DNA of 57,496 nt, the filler included, from Nemertoderma westbladi (taxonomy: Eukaryota > Animalia > Xenacoelomorpha): NCBI GenBank assembly GCA_032718475.1. It is 3 parts of 3 records of this genome, joined end to end, with 100 filler letters (N's around TTAATTAATTAA, not from the genome) between each part and the next. Parts side by side here need not be neighbours in the genome. Positions count along the whole stretch, not along the records: positions 1 to 17,707 come from JAUCBJ010006332.1; 2 more parts are not named here. One strand, written 5' to 3'. Below, one piece after another: positions 1 through 10,695 of the stretch. A program made the translations under genes and the position numbers. The notes beneath the pieces were generated by a model that saw nothing but the letters and a program-made list of their open reading frames with translations, had not been told where the DNA came from and searched no databases. Each line of letters opens with the position of its first letter. Within the stretch, counting starts at the first letter, position 1.

Positions 1-650
1 TATCAAGTCGTACGTTACGGTAGTCAATTCTGCAATTATATTAGAATTTGTACTTTATCGATAATGCTAGCGCTGAGCTACCGAAATATATTTATAATTA
101 TATTTGAAATTTGACAAACAGACTAATAATAATATTTATTGCTCCAACCCAGAATTTTTCATAGAATTTTTGGTATAAGGGTCAATCGATAACTGAAGGT
201 AGTTTTAAAAAAATTCTTTTGTAATATGGTTATAATAATTTAGTGCTATTTAGCAGCATAAAATTATTACTATTAAAATTGTTCTAAAATCAAAATCAGT
301 CTAAATTTGCAATAACTTTTGAGTTTGTGATGGATTTCGCTCAAATTACTTGCAAACCCATTCTACGTCGATGCTCTTTTCAACGCATGGACGTAATCAA
401 ATTTAAGAAATTCCACCACAAGTATTTTATTTTACTTTTTTCGCCGGGAAAAAAAGTAAAATCAATGCAATGCTAATGTCTTCCTTTTTCTCCCGATTTC
501 GGTGTGCTTTCGGGCGAAAAAGTATCAATTTAAGAATAAAGTATCTTTTTAGTCCTCTTTGTAATCCGCATTTCGGAAAAAGACGCACAAAAAAATGTTA
601 CTTTATTTTTGTATAAAATAAATATTTATTAAAGACTAATTTCAGCTCAC

Positions 651-996
651 CGTTGTTATCCGAACACGCATTGCTTCCGGGTTTCTGTGTGTCCGGCCCG
701 ACAACTCGGACATCCATCACCAAGGGCAACCCGTCCACAACTGTCCGCAGCCCAGTGCCCGTATACTTGTCGACCGAATGGACAGCCTTGGTTGTCCAAT
801 CCGTCCAGACCAGCGCCGAGTCCCTCACCACCAGTCCGTATGGGTGATCCAGGTTGGATACTATGGTTACACGGTGGTTACCATGGTAATCCGAGGTCTC
901 GAGTTTATGGAGCTTGGCGTCGGTCCAGAATATCCGTTGCGATGATTGGTCGATAGCCAGGCCGTTGGGCCAGCCTAATCCCGTATCTATGACAAC
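651..996 (-). CDS. LRP4: LRP4-like exon (end of propeller 4 + EGF start); gene continues beyond left edge
   Basis: ttag|GTT GTC ATA GAT...AAC AAC G|gtgagc; VVIDTGLGWPNGLAID...WTDWTTKAVHSVDKYTG...NACSDNN. Confidence 0.9.
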
Positions 997-1059
997 CTAA
1001 ATATATAAAAATAGGTACAGAAATCTATTTACTGTATCGCTAACTGGACCATGTTCACC

Positions 1060-3416
1060 AGTTCTCCGACCATATAACTTACCGTTCTACGCGTTCCGCC
1101 ATATAACTTACCGTTCTTCGCGTTCCGACCACACAACTTACCGTTCTACGCGTTCCGCCATATAACTTTCCATTCTATGCGTTCCGTCATTATAACTTTC
1201 CGTTCTATGCGTTCCGTCCATATAACTTACCGTTCTACGCGTTCCGACCACATAACTTACCGTTCTATGAGTTCCGTCCATATAACTTACCATTCTATGC
1301 GTTCCGACCACATAACTTACCGTTCTATGCGTTCCGTCATTATAACTTTCCGTTCTATGCGTTCCGTCCACATAACTTACCGTTATATGCGTTCCGTCCA
1401 CATAACTTACCGTTATATGCGTTCCGACCATATAACTTTTCGTTCTATGCGTTCCGTCCATATAACTGACCGTTCTATACGTTCCGTCCATATAACTTAC
1501 CGTTCTATGCGTTCCATCCATATCACTTTCCGTTCTACGCGTTCCGTCCATATAACTTTCCGTTCTATGCGTTCCGTCCATATAACTTACCGTTCTATGC
1601 GTTCCGTCATTATAACTTTCCGTTCTATGCGTTCCGTCCACATAACTTACCGTTATATGCGTTCCGTCCATATAACTTACCGTTCTATGCGTTCCGTCCA
1701 TATAACTTACCGTTCTACGCGTTCCGACCACATAACTTTCCGTTCTATGCGTTCCGTCCATATAACTTACCGTTATATGCGTTCCGTCCATATAACTTAC
1801 CGTTCTATGCGTTCCGTCCATATAACTTACCGTTCTACGCGTTCCGACCACATAACTTTCCGTTCTATGCGTTCCGTCCATATAACTTACCGTTATATGC
1901 GTTCCGTCCATATAACTTACCGTTCTATGCGTTCCGTCCATATAACTTACCGTTCTATGCGTTCCGTCCACATAACTTACCGTTCTACGCGTTCCGACCA
2001 TATAAATTACCGTTCTACGCGTTCCGTCCACATAACTTTCCGTTCTATGCGTTCCGTCCATATAACTTTCCGTTATATGCGTTCCGTCCATATAACTTAC
2101 CGTTCTATGCGTTCCGTCATTATAACTTTCCGTTCTATGCGTTCCGTCCACATAACCTACCGTTATATGCGTTCCGTCCATATAACTTACCGTTCTATGC
2201 GTTCCGTCCATATAACTTACCGTTCTACGCGTTCCGTCCATATAACTTTCCGTTCTATGCGTTCCGTCCATATAACTTACCGTTCTATGCGTTCCGTCCA
2301 TATAACTTACCGTTCTATGCGTTCCGTCCATATAACTTACCGTTCTACGCGTTCCGTCATTATAACTTTCCGTTCTATGCGTTCCGTCCACATAACTTAC
2401 CGTTCTACGCGTTCCGTCATTATAACTTTCCGTTCTATGCGTTCCGTCCACATAACTTACCGTTATATGCGTTCCGTCCATATAACTTACCGTTCTATGC
2501 GTTCCGTCCATATAACTTACCGTTCTACGCGTTCCGTCATTATAACTTTCCGTTCTATGCGTTCCGTCCACATAACTTACCGTTATATGCGTTCCATCCA
2601 TATAACTTTCCGTTCTACGCGTTCCGTCCATATAACTTTCCGTTCTATGCGTTCCGTCCATATAACTTACCGTTCTATGCGTTCCGTCCATATAACTTAC
2701 CGTTCTATGCGTTCCGTCCATATAACTTACCGTTCTACGCGTTCCGTCATTATAACTTTCCGTTCTATGCGTTCCGTCCACATAACTTACCGTTATATGC
2801 GTTCCGTCCATATAACTTACCGTTCTATGCGTTCCGTCCATATAACTTACCGTTCTACGCGTTCCGTCATTATAACTTTCCGTTCTATGCGTTCCGTCCA
2901 CATAACTTACCGTTATATGCGTTCCATCCATATAACTTTCCGTTCTATGCGTTCCGTCCACATAACTTACCGTTATATGCGTTCCGTCCATATAACTTAC
3001 CGTTCTATGCGTTCCGTCCATATAACTTACCGTTCTACGCGTTCCGACCACATAACTTACCGTTCTACGCGTTCCGTCCATATAACTTTCCGTTCTATGC
3101 GTTCCGTCCTTATAACTTACCGTTCTATGCGTTCCGTCCATATAACTTTCCGTTCTACGCGTTCCGTCCACATAACTTACCGTTCTATGCGTTCCGTCCA
3201 TATAACTTACCGTTCTATGCGTTCCGTCCATATAACTTACCGTTCTATGCGTTCCGTCCATATAACTTTCCGTTCTACGCGTTCCGTCCACATAACTTAC
3301 CGTTATATGCGTTCCGTCCATATAACTTACCGTTCTATGCGTTCCGTCCATATAACTTACCGTTCTATGCGTTCCGTCCATATAACTTACCGTTCTATGC
3401 GTTCCGTCCATGTAAC
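1060..3416 (-). repeat. 30-bp minisatellite (about 78 units) = GTAAGT donor + last 24 nt of the upstream exon
   Basis: Minus-strand unit GTAAGT-TATATGGACGGAACGCATAGAACG (VSYMDGTHRT); exact 30-bp period from about 1171 to 3390; two of the distal units are 29 bp. Confidence 0.97.
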
Positions 3417-3552
3417 TGAATTCCACTTTAGGCCTATTACCCCAGTCAGTAAAGAACATGATACCCTCACTGGGTAGCAGAGCCAACGCTCTTGGCTCAT
3501 CCAATCCCAAGGTTACCAGCACCAAACGGCAATCACCGCTCCGTTTGGCTAC
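3391..3552 (-). CDS. LRP4: LRP4-like exon whose 3' end and donor are tandemly amplified
   Basis: ttcag|GTA GCC...AGA ACG|gtaagt; VAKRSGDCRLVLVTLGLDEPRALALLPSEGIMFFTDWGNRPKVEFSYMDGTHRT (using the first donor). Confidence 0.88.
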
Positions 3553-3833
3553 CTGAATCATTAAATAATTAGATTTAAATATAAATGTTTCTGTTACAGT
3601 GAGTTTTACTCGGTAGAAAGACTCTCAATTTCTAGAACTATGGCCCTCATGATGTTGTTCTAAAAGGTAATTTCCACCTAATGATTTCAGACTAACAGTA
3701 ATTCTAATTTAATTTAATTTTACTAAAACTCAAACTACAGTATTTTATAATATCGACCTCTGTAATGTTATTCCTCCTGTATAGTACATTTATGACCCTT
3801 AATTTGTTTTTCGAACTGCCACGAATCACTCAC

Positions 3834-4576
3834 CTCTATGGTATTCCTTGTTGCGTCTGTCCAATAAATATTGCCTAGCAACCAATCCACGGCGATCCCG
3901 TCCACTATGCCGACGTCGCCTTGTATAACGGGTCTGACGTCACTTCCGTCGTAGAGGTTCGCCTCCGCGATGAGCCGCTGTCGGACGTCGGAATAATAGA
4001 GTTTATCCGCCGCAATGTCGACATCGATGCCGATAACGTTGGTAATATTGGAGACGACCACGGTTACCGGTATCCTAGGCAACCCCTCGTCCAATGAGAC
4101 GCGTTGGATCAGGGTCTTCCGCGAGAATATAAGATAAGTCTGCGGTCTGTCGGAGCAGTTGCGCCGGTCTACCGAGAGTTGCACGCCGGTCGGACAGTCG
4201 CAGGTGAAGGAGGTCTCCGAAGTGGGCAGACATAGATGACTACAGCCCCCGTTGGAGACCGAGCAGGGGTCGCGAGTGAGCGCGGTCGAGCCGAGCCCGT
4301 CCACCGCCTTTATGTCCATCAGATCGGTGAGGTTGGACAGCTCGACTCGCCGGTTGTTACCGGTGGCCAGGTCGACCGAAGCGATGGAGTGGGTGTCCCA
4401 GTCGGTCCAGTAGACGCGGCCCCGGTACAGAGTGAGACCGTAGGGGTGGGGCGTCCCCGAGACGAGAACCCGACGACGGGAGCCGTCCAGTCGGGACACC
4501 TCGATCCGCCGGCTCAGGGCGTCCGCCCATAACAGCTGGCCGCCCCGCCCGTCTATAGCCAACCCGTTGGGCCAAC
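3834..4576 (-). CDS. LRP4: LRP4-like large exon (propeller 3 end, EGF, propeller 4 start)
   Basis: ttag|GT TGG CCC AAC GGG...ATA GAG|gtgagt; QLLWADA, YWTDW, NGGCSHLCLP, CPTGVQL, PQTYLIFS, NIYWTDATRNTIE, all collinear with LRP4. Confidence 0.92.
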
Positions 4577-5004
4577 CTAACGGAGTAATTAATGAAAATA
4601 AACATACTTTTTAAATACTAAAGTCTGTCGGTCCTGGGTTGGGATGCGTTTTCAGGAAATACTGAAACACTTCAACACCACTAACAGGAATCCCTTGTTT
4701 CTAGTGTTTACTCAACTTGTTAAATTAATTTGTGAAAGAGTTCAAATTAAAATGTATTAATTTCCTAATTGTAATAATGAAATTGTCGAGACACAAAGCC
4801 GCAATTAGTTCAAATCTTAATATTACCATTTTATACAATTAATATGAGGATATTTCTGTAAATATTGACTATTAAAAGTCAACTTTATATCTTAGTCCTG
4901 GCCCGCTACCGGTAAACAAACGATTGCTAAACTGAAAGTATATTTATAAAATACTATTATGGAATAAAAGCAAATAAAATATTGAACTGAAAGGTCTCAT
5001 TTAC

Positions 5005-5155
5005 CTAAGTCTGTTCCTATGACAACGGTTCTGCGACTGCCGTCCATTAGAGCCCGCTCTATAACACTGGTTCCCCAATCCGACCAATAGATACTACTGG
5101 TCTGGTGACTAAGAACTATAGATCGTGGGTTTTTCATTCCGTCAGATATGAGTAC
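5005..5155 (-). CDS. LRP4: LRP4-like exon (YWTD repeats), not in ORF track
   Basis: ttag|GTA CTC...TTA G|gtaaat; VLISDGMKNPRSIVLSHQTSSIYWSDWGTSVIERALMDGSRRTVVIGTDL. Confidence 0.9.
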
Positions 5156-5306
5156 CTAAACAGAACAGATGAGGAAAGAGATGTAAGAAGCATTCCATAA
5201 ACTTGTTTATGTAAATGGAGTAATAAATTAATTATTTGATTAAATGAATTTGGCATAGATAATGTTTCTTGACATTATCAATGAGTCGGAAAGGAACTCT
5301 TCTCAC

Positions 5307-5498
5307 CTTTCTACCCTTTCCATCCAATCTCGCCACTTCTATTCGCTTTAGTTTCGTATCCGTCCAGTATATCTTCTCTCCCACAGCGTCAACCGCCAAC
5401 CCATCAACTACTTCGATATCAGCCGCAAACAAGGTCTCCACCACTCCGTCCAACCTACCCCTTTTGATGGTTTTATCATCAGAATCGCACCAGTAAAC
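5307..5498 (-). CDS. LRP4: LRP4-like exon (YWTD repeats)
   Basis: ccag|GTT TAC TGG...AGA AAG|gtgaga; 192 nt; [29 protein letters not shown]. Confidence 0.9.
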
Positions 5499-5812
5499 CT
5501 GGAACCGAAGTACAACGAATATAATATATGTAAAGGTTTCTTCCACGCACATGCATTCGGCTGGTTTTGCAATCGAGGTGGGATCGAACTGGTGACCTCC
5601 TAGTTACAACCAACTCTGGCCTTTTTCTTACCATTTCGATACGTAAAAGCCAAACAAAATATTAAATGATGAACAGTTGTATTAAACCACTAATTCACTT
5701 CCAATCACCAAGTAGACCTAATATGTGTAAACATATTATTCTAGAACCAAGGCATTCAGTTAGTCTCAATAGATTAGATACCATCACACCCCATTAAACT
5801 ATAAACACAAAC

Positions 5813-6033
5813 CTTTCTCTCAATGTGGTTGTAATCCACAGCTATGCTATGCCCCATTTGGCCAAGCGGCCACACTACATCTGTTTTATAGTGGGTTTCC
5901 ATGGAGATAATACGTATATCCGTGCGACGCGCGAATATAAGGAAGTTTGAGAGAGATGATTGACAGGTCCGGCCGTCGACTAGAAGCGGAAATCCAGTGG
6001 GACACTGGCATGTGGAGGACCTGGGGGTCGGGG
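5813..6033 (-). CDS. LRP4: LRP4-like exon (EGF end + start of propeller 3)
   Basis: tttcag|CC CCG...AGA AAG|gtttgt; CQCPTGFPLLVDGRTC...FLIFARRTDIRIISM, like LRP4 FLIFARRIDIRMVSL. Confidence 0.9.
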
Positions 6034-6065
6034 CTGAAATAGCAACACATCGCATAAAGAGGTAT

Positions 6066-6575
6066 ATGGGACATTGTTACTAAACCTGGCTGGGGGACTG
6101 TGATGGGACATTGTTACTAAATCTAGATGGGACATTGTTACTAAACCTAGCTGTGGGACTGAGATGGGACATTGTTACTAAATCTAGATGGGACATTGTT
6201 ACTAAACCTAGCTGGGGGACTGATATGGGACATTGTTACTAAATCTAGATGGGACATTGTTACTAAACCTAGCTGTGGGACAGAGATGGGACATTGTTAC
6301 AAAACCTAGTTGTGAGACAGAGATGGGATATTGTTACTAAACCTACCTGTGGAACAGATATGGGACATTGTTACTAAACCTAGATGGGACATTGTTACTA
6401 AACCTAGCTGTGGGACAGATATGGGAAATTGTTACTAAACCTACCTGTAAGACAGAGATGGGACATTGTTACAAAACCTAGCTGTGAAACATAGATGGGA
6501 CATTCTTACAAAACCTAGTTGTGATACAGAGATGGGATATTGTTACTAAACCTAGATGGCTCATTGTTAGTTAGC
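6066..6575 (-). repeat. Intronic minisatellite (mixed ~24 and ~35 bp units) derived from exon end/donor
   Basis: Repeated GATGGGACATTGTTACTAAACCTA(G/C)CTGT; reverse complement resembles the exon end CATCTGTGTCTCACAG|GTAGG and exon-internal AATGTCCCATC. Confidence 0.85.
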
Positions 6576-6579
6576 CTAC

Positions 6580-6707
6580 CTGTGAGACACAGATGACTGC
6601 AACCTCCGTTGTTTATTCTGCACACGGATGGGACATTGGGACGGGTTCTATGGTACACCGTAATATCACGAACGTCAACTAATCCAGCCGTTTCGACGCG
6701 TTTTGGT
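6580..6707 (-). CDS. LRP4: LRP4-like exon (propeller end + EGF start), not in ORF track
   Basis: cag|A CCA AAA CGC...CTC ACA G|gtaggc; PKRVETAGLVDVRDITVYHRTRPNVPSVCRINNGGCSHLCLT; 128 nt, phase 2 to phase 1. Confidence 0.88.
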
Positions 6708-7149
6708 CTGCAAGTAAATAAAAATTAGTGGATTTATTTAGAAAACTGTATAATCAATACATTATTATAACTTTTGTTGGCCACAGCTTTACAAAGTCGG
6801 CAATGACGTCCAGGTGGGATCGAGGAAGTCTAACGCTATAACCATTAGCTAGTGGCTCAGGTAAAAGATAGACCTGAAAATACTATCTGATACCTTGTAT
6901 GTCCGCAATTTACCTCCCCAGGGCCTCCCATCTGTCAATACCATCATCCGCTGCCACTGTGCTCAACCCTACAGTACTTGGCCGTCTTTAACCACTCGCT
7001 ACAATGAAAGGGTAGTGTATATTAACCATGAACCATCACGGCCACTATGAATAATTATACACTAACTAGTAATTTAGGCAGGACAGTTACACCCATAGAG
7101 AAATGCGACCGGTATATTTTTATAGTTAATTATTGGAGTTTTGGATGAC

Positions 7150-7298
7150 TATAACTTTTGTTGGGCACAGCTTTGCAACGATACAGATTTACCTGCGGCG
7201 CTAGCTGAATTGTTAGAGCGTCAGACTTCCAACCCGCTGGTCACCAGTTCGATCCCACCTCGACGTCATTGCCAACTTTGTAAAGCTGTGCCCAAATT
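7150..7298 (+). mobile_element. tRNA-like sequence enclosed in short inverted repeats (tRNA-derived SINE/MITE); partial reverse copies at about 5573-5620 and 6766-6855
   Basis: A-box-like TAGCTGAATTGTTAGAGCG and B-box-like CCAGTTCGATCCC, flanked by TTGGGCACAGCTTT...AAAGCTGTGCCCAA. Confidence 0.55.
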
Positions 7299-7349
7299 AT
7301 TTATACAAGGGAAAAATGTAGAACTTTTTTCACTATAATCGTAGTATTT

Positions 7350-7870
7350 TATTTACCGAGCGACAGCGAGGTTAATAATGGGTCGAGAGAATGTAAATGT
7401 TCTACGTTTTTCCCATATAATACGTAATTTTATTCTTAAATTTGTACTATTTTTGCTGCTCAATTCTTTAATTAAAAGATAAAGCGATATATAGTGTTAA
7501 AATAAATTGATCTGTAGTAATTTACTAGATGGTTTCCATAGTTACTGCGATTCGAATTACTGTACTCTCGGCTGCCTTACTCAATGCGTTCCGTTTCGGA
7601 GTTCGCCTTGCAGACATTAAAGTTGCAATAACTTTTGAGAGTGTGAATGAATTTTGCGCAAATTACGTGGAAACCTCTTCTACTTCAACGCTCTTTCAAC
7701 ACATACTGTATTATCAAATTTAAAAAAATTCCACCAAAAGTATTTTACTTTCACTTTTTTCACACAAAAAGTCAAATCAATGCAATCTTATTGATTACTT
7801 TAAAAAGTACATATTTTTCCCACGATTTTGAGATATATTCGAGCGAAAAAGTAACAATTTAAGAATAAAA
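7350..7870. mobile_element. Dispersed non-autonomous element family (other copies at about 300-545, 13360-13665 inverted, 38520-39300)
   Basis: Shared core GAATTTTGCxCAAATTAC...TTTTACTTT...ATCAATGCAATC and inverted repeats TTTTATTCTTAAATT/AATTTAAGAATAAAA. Confidence 0.75.
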
Positions 7871-8458
7871 GTTATAATAATATGAAACCACTCATTCATG
7901 GTTCACCCAAAACTCCAATAATAAAATATAATCAATACCTAATGTATGTCGGATTCAATTCCAATACCAAAACCAGCAGCTTACAAGAGAGTACTATAGC
8001 ACGCCACTGATTGGCTGTTTTTCGAAAACAGTAACTACACTCCTTCCAATACCTCTCACTCACTGTGTATACAGTGTAGCGGCTAGTAGTTGGGGAATAG
8101 AGCAGTTGTTGCCAAAATATATTAATAGCCACCAATCACAAGGCAGTATTCCCAACTACAAACGACACCCCTGAGAATGTGAATCATTCCCAAACCAAAA
8201 CCTTTGATTAGTTTGTTAGTTCAGTATAAATACATGATGATATTTTAAAGTCGTATAGAAGTATTTATTATTAATAACTTAACTTGTTTTATCTACTATC
8301 TCACGCTCACCCAACATAAACTTGGAACTTTGATATTACACGAATTTAAATTGAATTATATAGTACTATTATTATATAAGTAAAGACTAATAATTACGTT
8401 ATTTACGTATTAATAATACTTTCCCACCACTGACCTACGACTATCACTATCTGTAGAA

Positions 8459-10132
8459 ATGATACCAACATCGGTAAAGCAAGAGAGTCAGAAGCCTTCA
8501 TCCACGCATAAAGAAAACGAGATGCGGCCCTGGTTGCTCGCGTGTCTTAACAACAGACGCTACCCAGGGGTGGTGGATTGGTGTGATCAAGAAGGGCTAC
8601 CATTACCTGCAGGTCACAAAGCCAGCTCGGGACACGTTCGAATAAAATGGGTGGACCAAAAGGGACGAATAAACAAGAGTGATAGCGATATGCAGCCGTT
8701 TATAGACTGGAGTCAACGTAATGTCGGAAAGAATGGATGGAATGTTGTTACTCCAATAAGAGGTAAAGCTAAAGGCAGTTACGACACAAAGGGTTTATTT
8801 AGACAAGCTCTCTCCTCTGCTAATGGAATTGAAGGTAATCCTAAGAACAGGAACAACTTTAAGTATATTTACATAAAAGAGATGGGAAACGATACTGTGA
8901 GGAGAAAAACAAAGATTCAAGAGGAAAAGAAGCAGCTACCATCCCAATATATTGGCTTTGTGACGACACCCCAAACTGCTGAACCAGTGCAAAGTTTACA
9001 TTTACAGTGGGTGGCCGAGCCTAACTTAATAACGTCTTCCGTTCAATATAACCCCACAGAAGTGGTAGGACCTCCATTGAGTAACATCATCCAACTTCCG
9101 CAGAATTCGGTATTGACCACTGCCGATATTATTGGAACTCAATATGACGAGTTAATTAACGATGCCAAACATCGTCCAGACAACGATCCACAAGTGGTTG
9201 ACATGCGCGCTAATCTAATAAATATGTTAAACAATATTGAAACAAATTACAACAACCCGATTCCCCCTGAAGACGGCAATTATTATGGCCCGTCTCCTAA
9301 GAAACGGATTCATGACCCCGACCCGATATCGCCCACTGCTGCATTGGTACTCCCGACAACTCACGCCAATGATCCCGATGGCCCGGGATTACCCTTACCG
9401 AATCCCCGATCAGTTACTCCGCCGCATTGGGAATTAAATTCGCTTAACAAAAACAACACGGGTCAATGTAAAATAACGATGTGGTGTCATAACGTTGAGA
9501 TTCCATTCATCTGCAGTGAAGGCGAGAAACCAAATCTACAACTGAATGCGGACAACATCAGACACAGCTTCTATCCCCCACTGGTAAACCACGTACAAGA
9601 GCGCGTGGTTCATGTCAATGATTCCAGTCCGAATGATAAGAATGTGTATCTTCACGGAGTTCCTAGGATAAAAGATCTCCTTCACAACTCGTGGTTCACT
9701 AAAAACTCGTTTATTAACAACCTGGAAAACATCTACAAGGGATTAGATCGGGGATTCAGTGTCATTTGTTCTCCATCCGGTGACATTGAACTAACTCGTT
9801 ACTGCAAACTGCGAATGTTTGTAAACGGTAGATCTCTTGAGAGATATGACACAGCGAAGAAATCCACCTTAATCTTCTCCTATAATGATTACCTCTCTAA
9901 GCTGTTCAGCGACAACCGCACACTCATGAGGCCATATGTATACATAGTGGTTGGAAGCAACGGCAGATCGTATATGGATCATTCTGACCTAAAACAAAGT
10001 TGCCCCCTGTATCTGGAGATCACGAACACTGCAGCCGAGGAAGAGTTTAATAGAACGTTGGATAAAGGACGAGGTTACGACAGTGTTGAGATGTCCCAAA
10101 GTAATTCAAATGATCGTCCAATCCACTCGTAA
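8459..10132 (+). CDS. Interferon regulatory factor-like protein (divergent Trp-repeat DBD + C-terminal IAD), intronless, nested in an LRP4 intron
   Basis: 557-aa ORF; MRPWL..YPG..W..IKW..F.DW..K..FR.AL matches the IRF DBD pattern; C-terminal RGF..IELTRYCKLRMFVNG..LER..IFSY..YIVVG resembles the IRF association domain. Confidence 0.85.
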   Translation: MIPTSVKQESQKPSSTHKENEMRPWLLACLNNRRYPGVVDWCDQEGLPLPAGHKASSGHVRIKWVDQKGRINKSDSDMQPFIDWSQRNVGKNGWNVVTPIRGKAKGSYDTKGLFRQALSSANGIEGNPKNRNNFKYIYIKEMGNDTVRRKTKIQEEKKQLPSQYIGFVTTPQTAEPVQSLHLQWVAEPNLITSSVQYNPTEVVGPPLSNIIQLPQNSVLTTADIIGTQYDELINDAKHRPDNDPQVVDMRANLINMLNNIETNYNNPIPPEDGNYYGPSPKKRIHDPDPISPTAALVLPTTHANDPDGPGLPLPNPRSVTPPHWELNSLNKNNTGQCKITMWCHNVEIPFICSEGEKPNLQLNADNIRHSFYPPLVNHVQERVVHVNDSSPNDKNVYLHGVPRIKDLLHNSWFTKNSFINNLENIYKGLDRGFSVICSPSGDIELTRYCKLRMFVNGRSLERYDTAKKSTLIFSYNDYLSKLFSDNRTLMRPYVYIVVGSNGRSYMDHSDLKQSCPLYLEITNTAAEEEFNRTLDKGRGYDSVEMSQSNSNDRPIHS

Positions 10133-10429
10133 TGGTCTGCAACCGGAATGCGGAGATCAAAATGCGGTCCTTTTCGGACTCGATGATGCAAATTTACATG
10201 TGAGGCGCATGTACAGTAGTATGTTCTGAGACTGACTTATTAATTACATTGATTTTGAGTCAAATATTGGAACTCAACATAATGAGGCAAATTCTATTAT
10301 ATATTGGATATGTTATTATTTTCGACAATATTAATGCGATATATATTATTATTCGTATTCCCACCAATTTAGTAATTATATTTGTGTTTGTGTATTATAA
10401 ATGCACTATATAGCCATACATATTTTATT

Positions 10430-10695
10430 TATTAGAAGACAGTCAGGGCTTCTTGCTGTCAAAAAAAAACGTATGTTTGTGTGTGTGTGTGTGTTTGTCT
10501 GTTTGTTTGTACACATTGATATTGGCTTGGAAGGGTAAGAAGTGCTCTATTTCATGGCCAACTATACAAAGAAATGTATCGATTATTTGGGTTCTTATTT
10601 CGGTTATTAATTATTTAAGCGGGTAAAATTAAGCTCATGCTGTATAAAAATAGCACAGGTCGTTTCGCCGTGTCCCATTCTCACAAAGTTTTTAT
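10430..10695 (+). mobile_element. Short DINE-1/HINE-like element with (TG/TGTT) microsatellite
   Basis: Short stem near the 5' end, (GT)n/(GTTT)n tract, small 3' hairpin followed by a T run. Confidence 0.35.

Noticed and set aside
1177-3477. 766-aa + strand ORF (MRSVHITYRS repeats) as a real gene
   Set aside because: It is the antisense reading of the 30-bp array, with no unique domain.
1138-3561. 807-aa ORF as a standalone repeat protein, or the array as CRISPR
   Set aside because: It is an LRP4 exon reading through into the amplified donor array; units are head-to-tail with no unique spacers, there are no cas genes, and the context is eukaryotic.
7195-7265. Functional tRNA gene
   Set aside because: Acceptor and anticodon stems do not pair convincingly, and it sits in a repeated inverted-repeat element.
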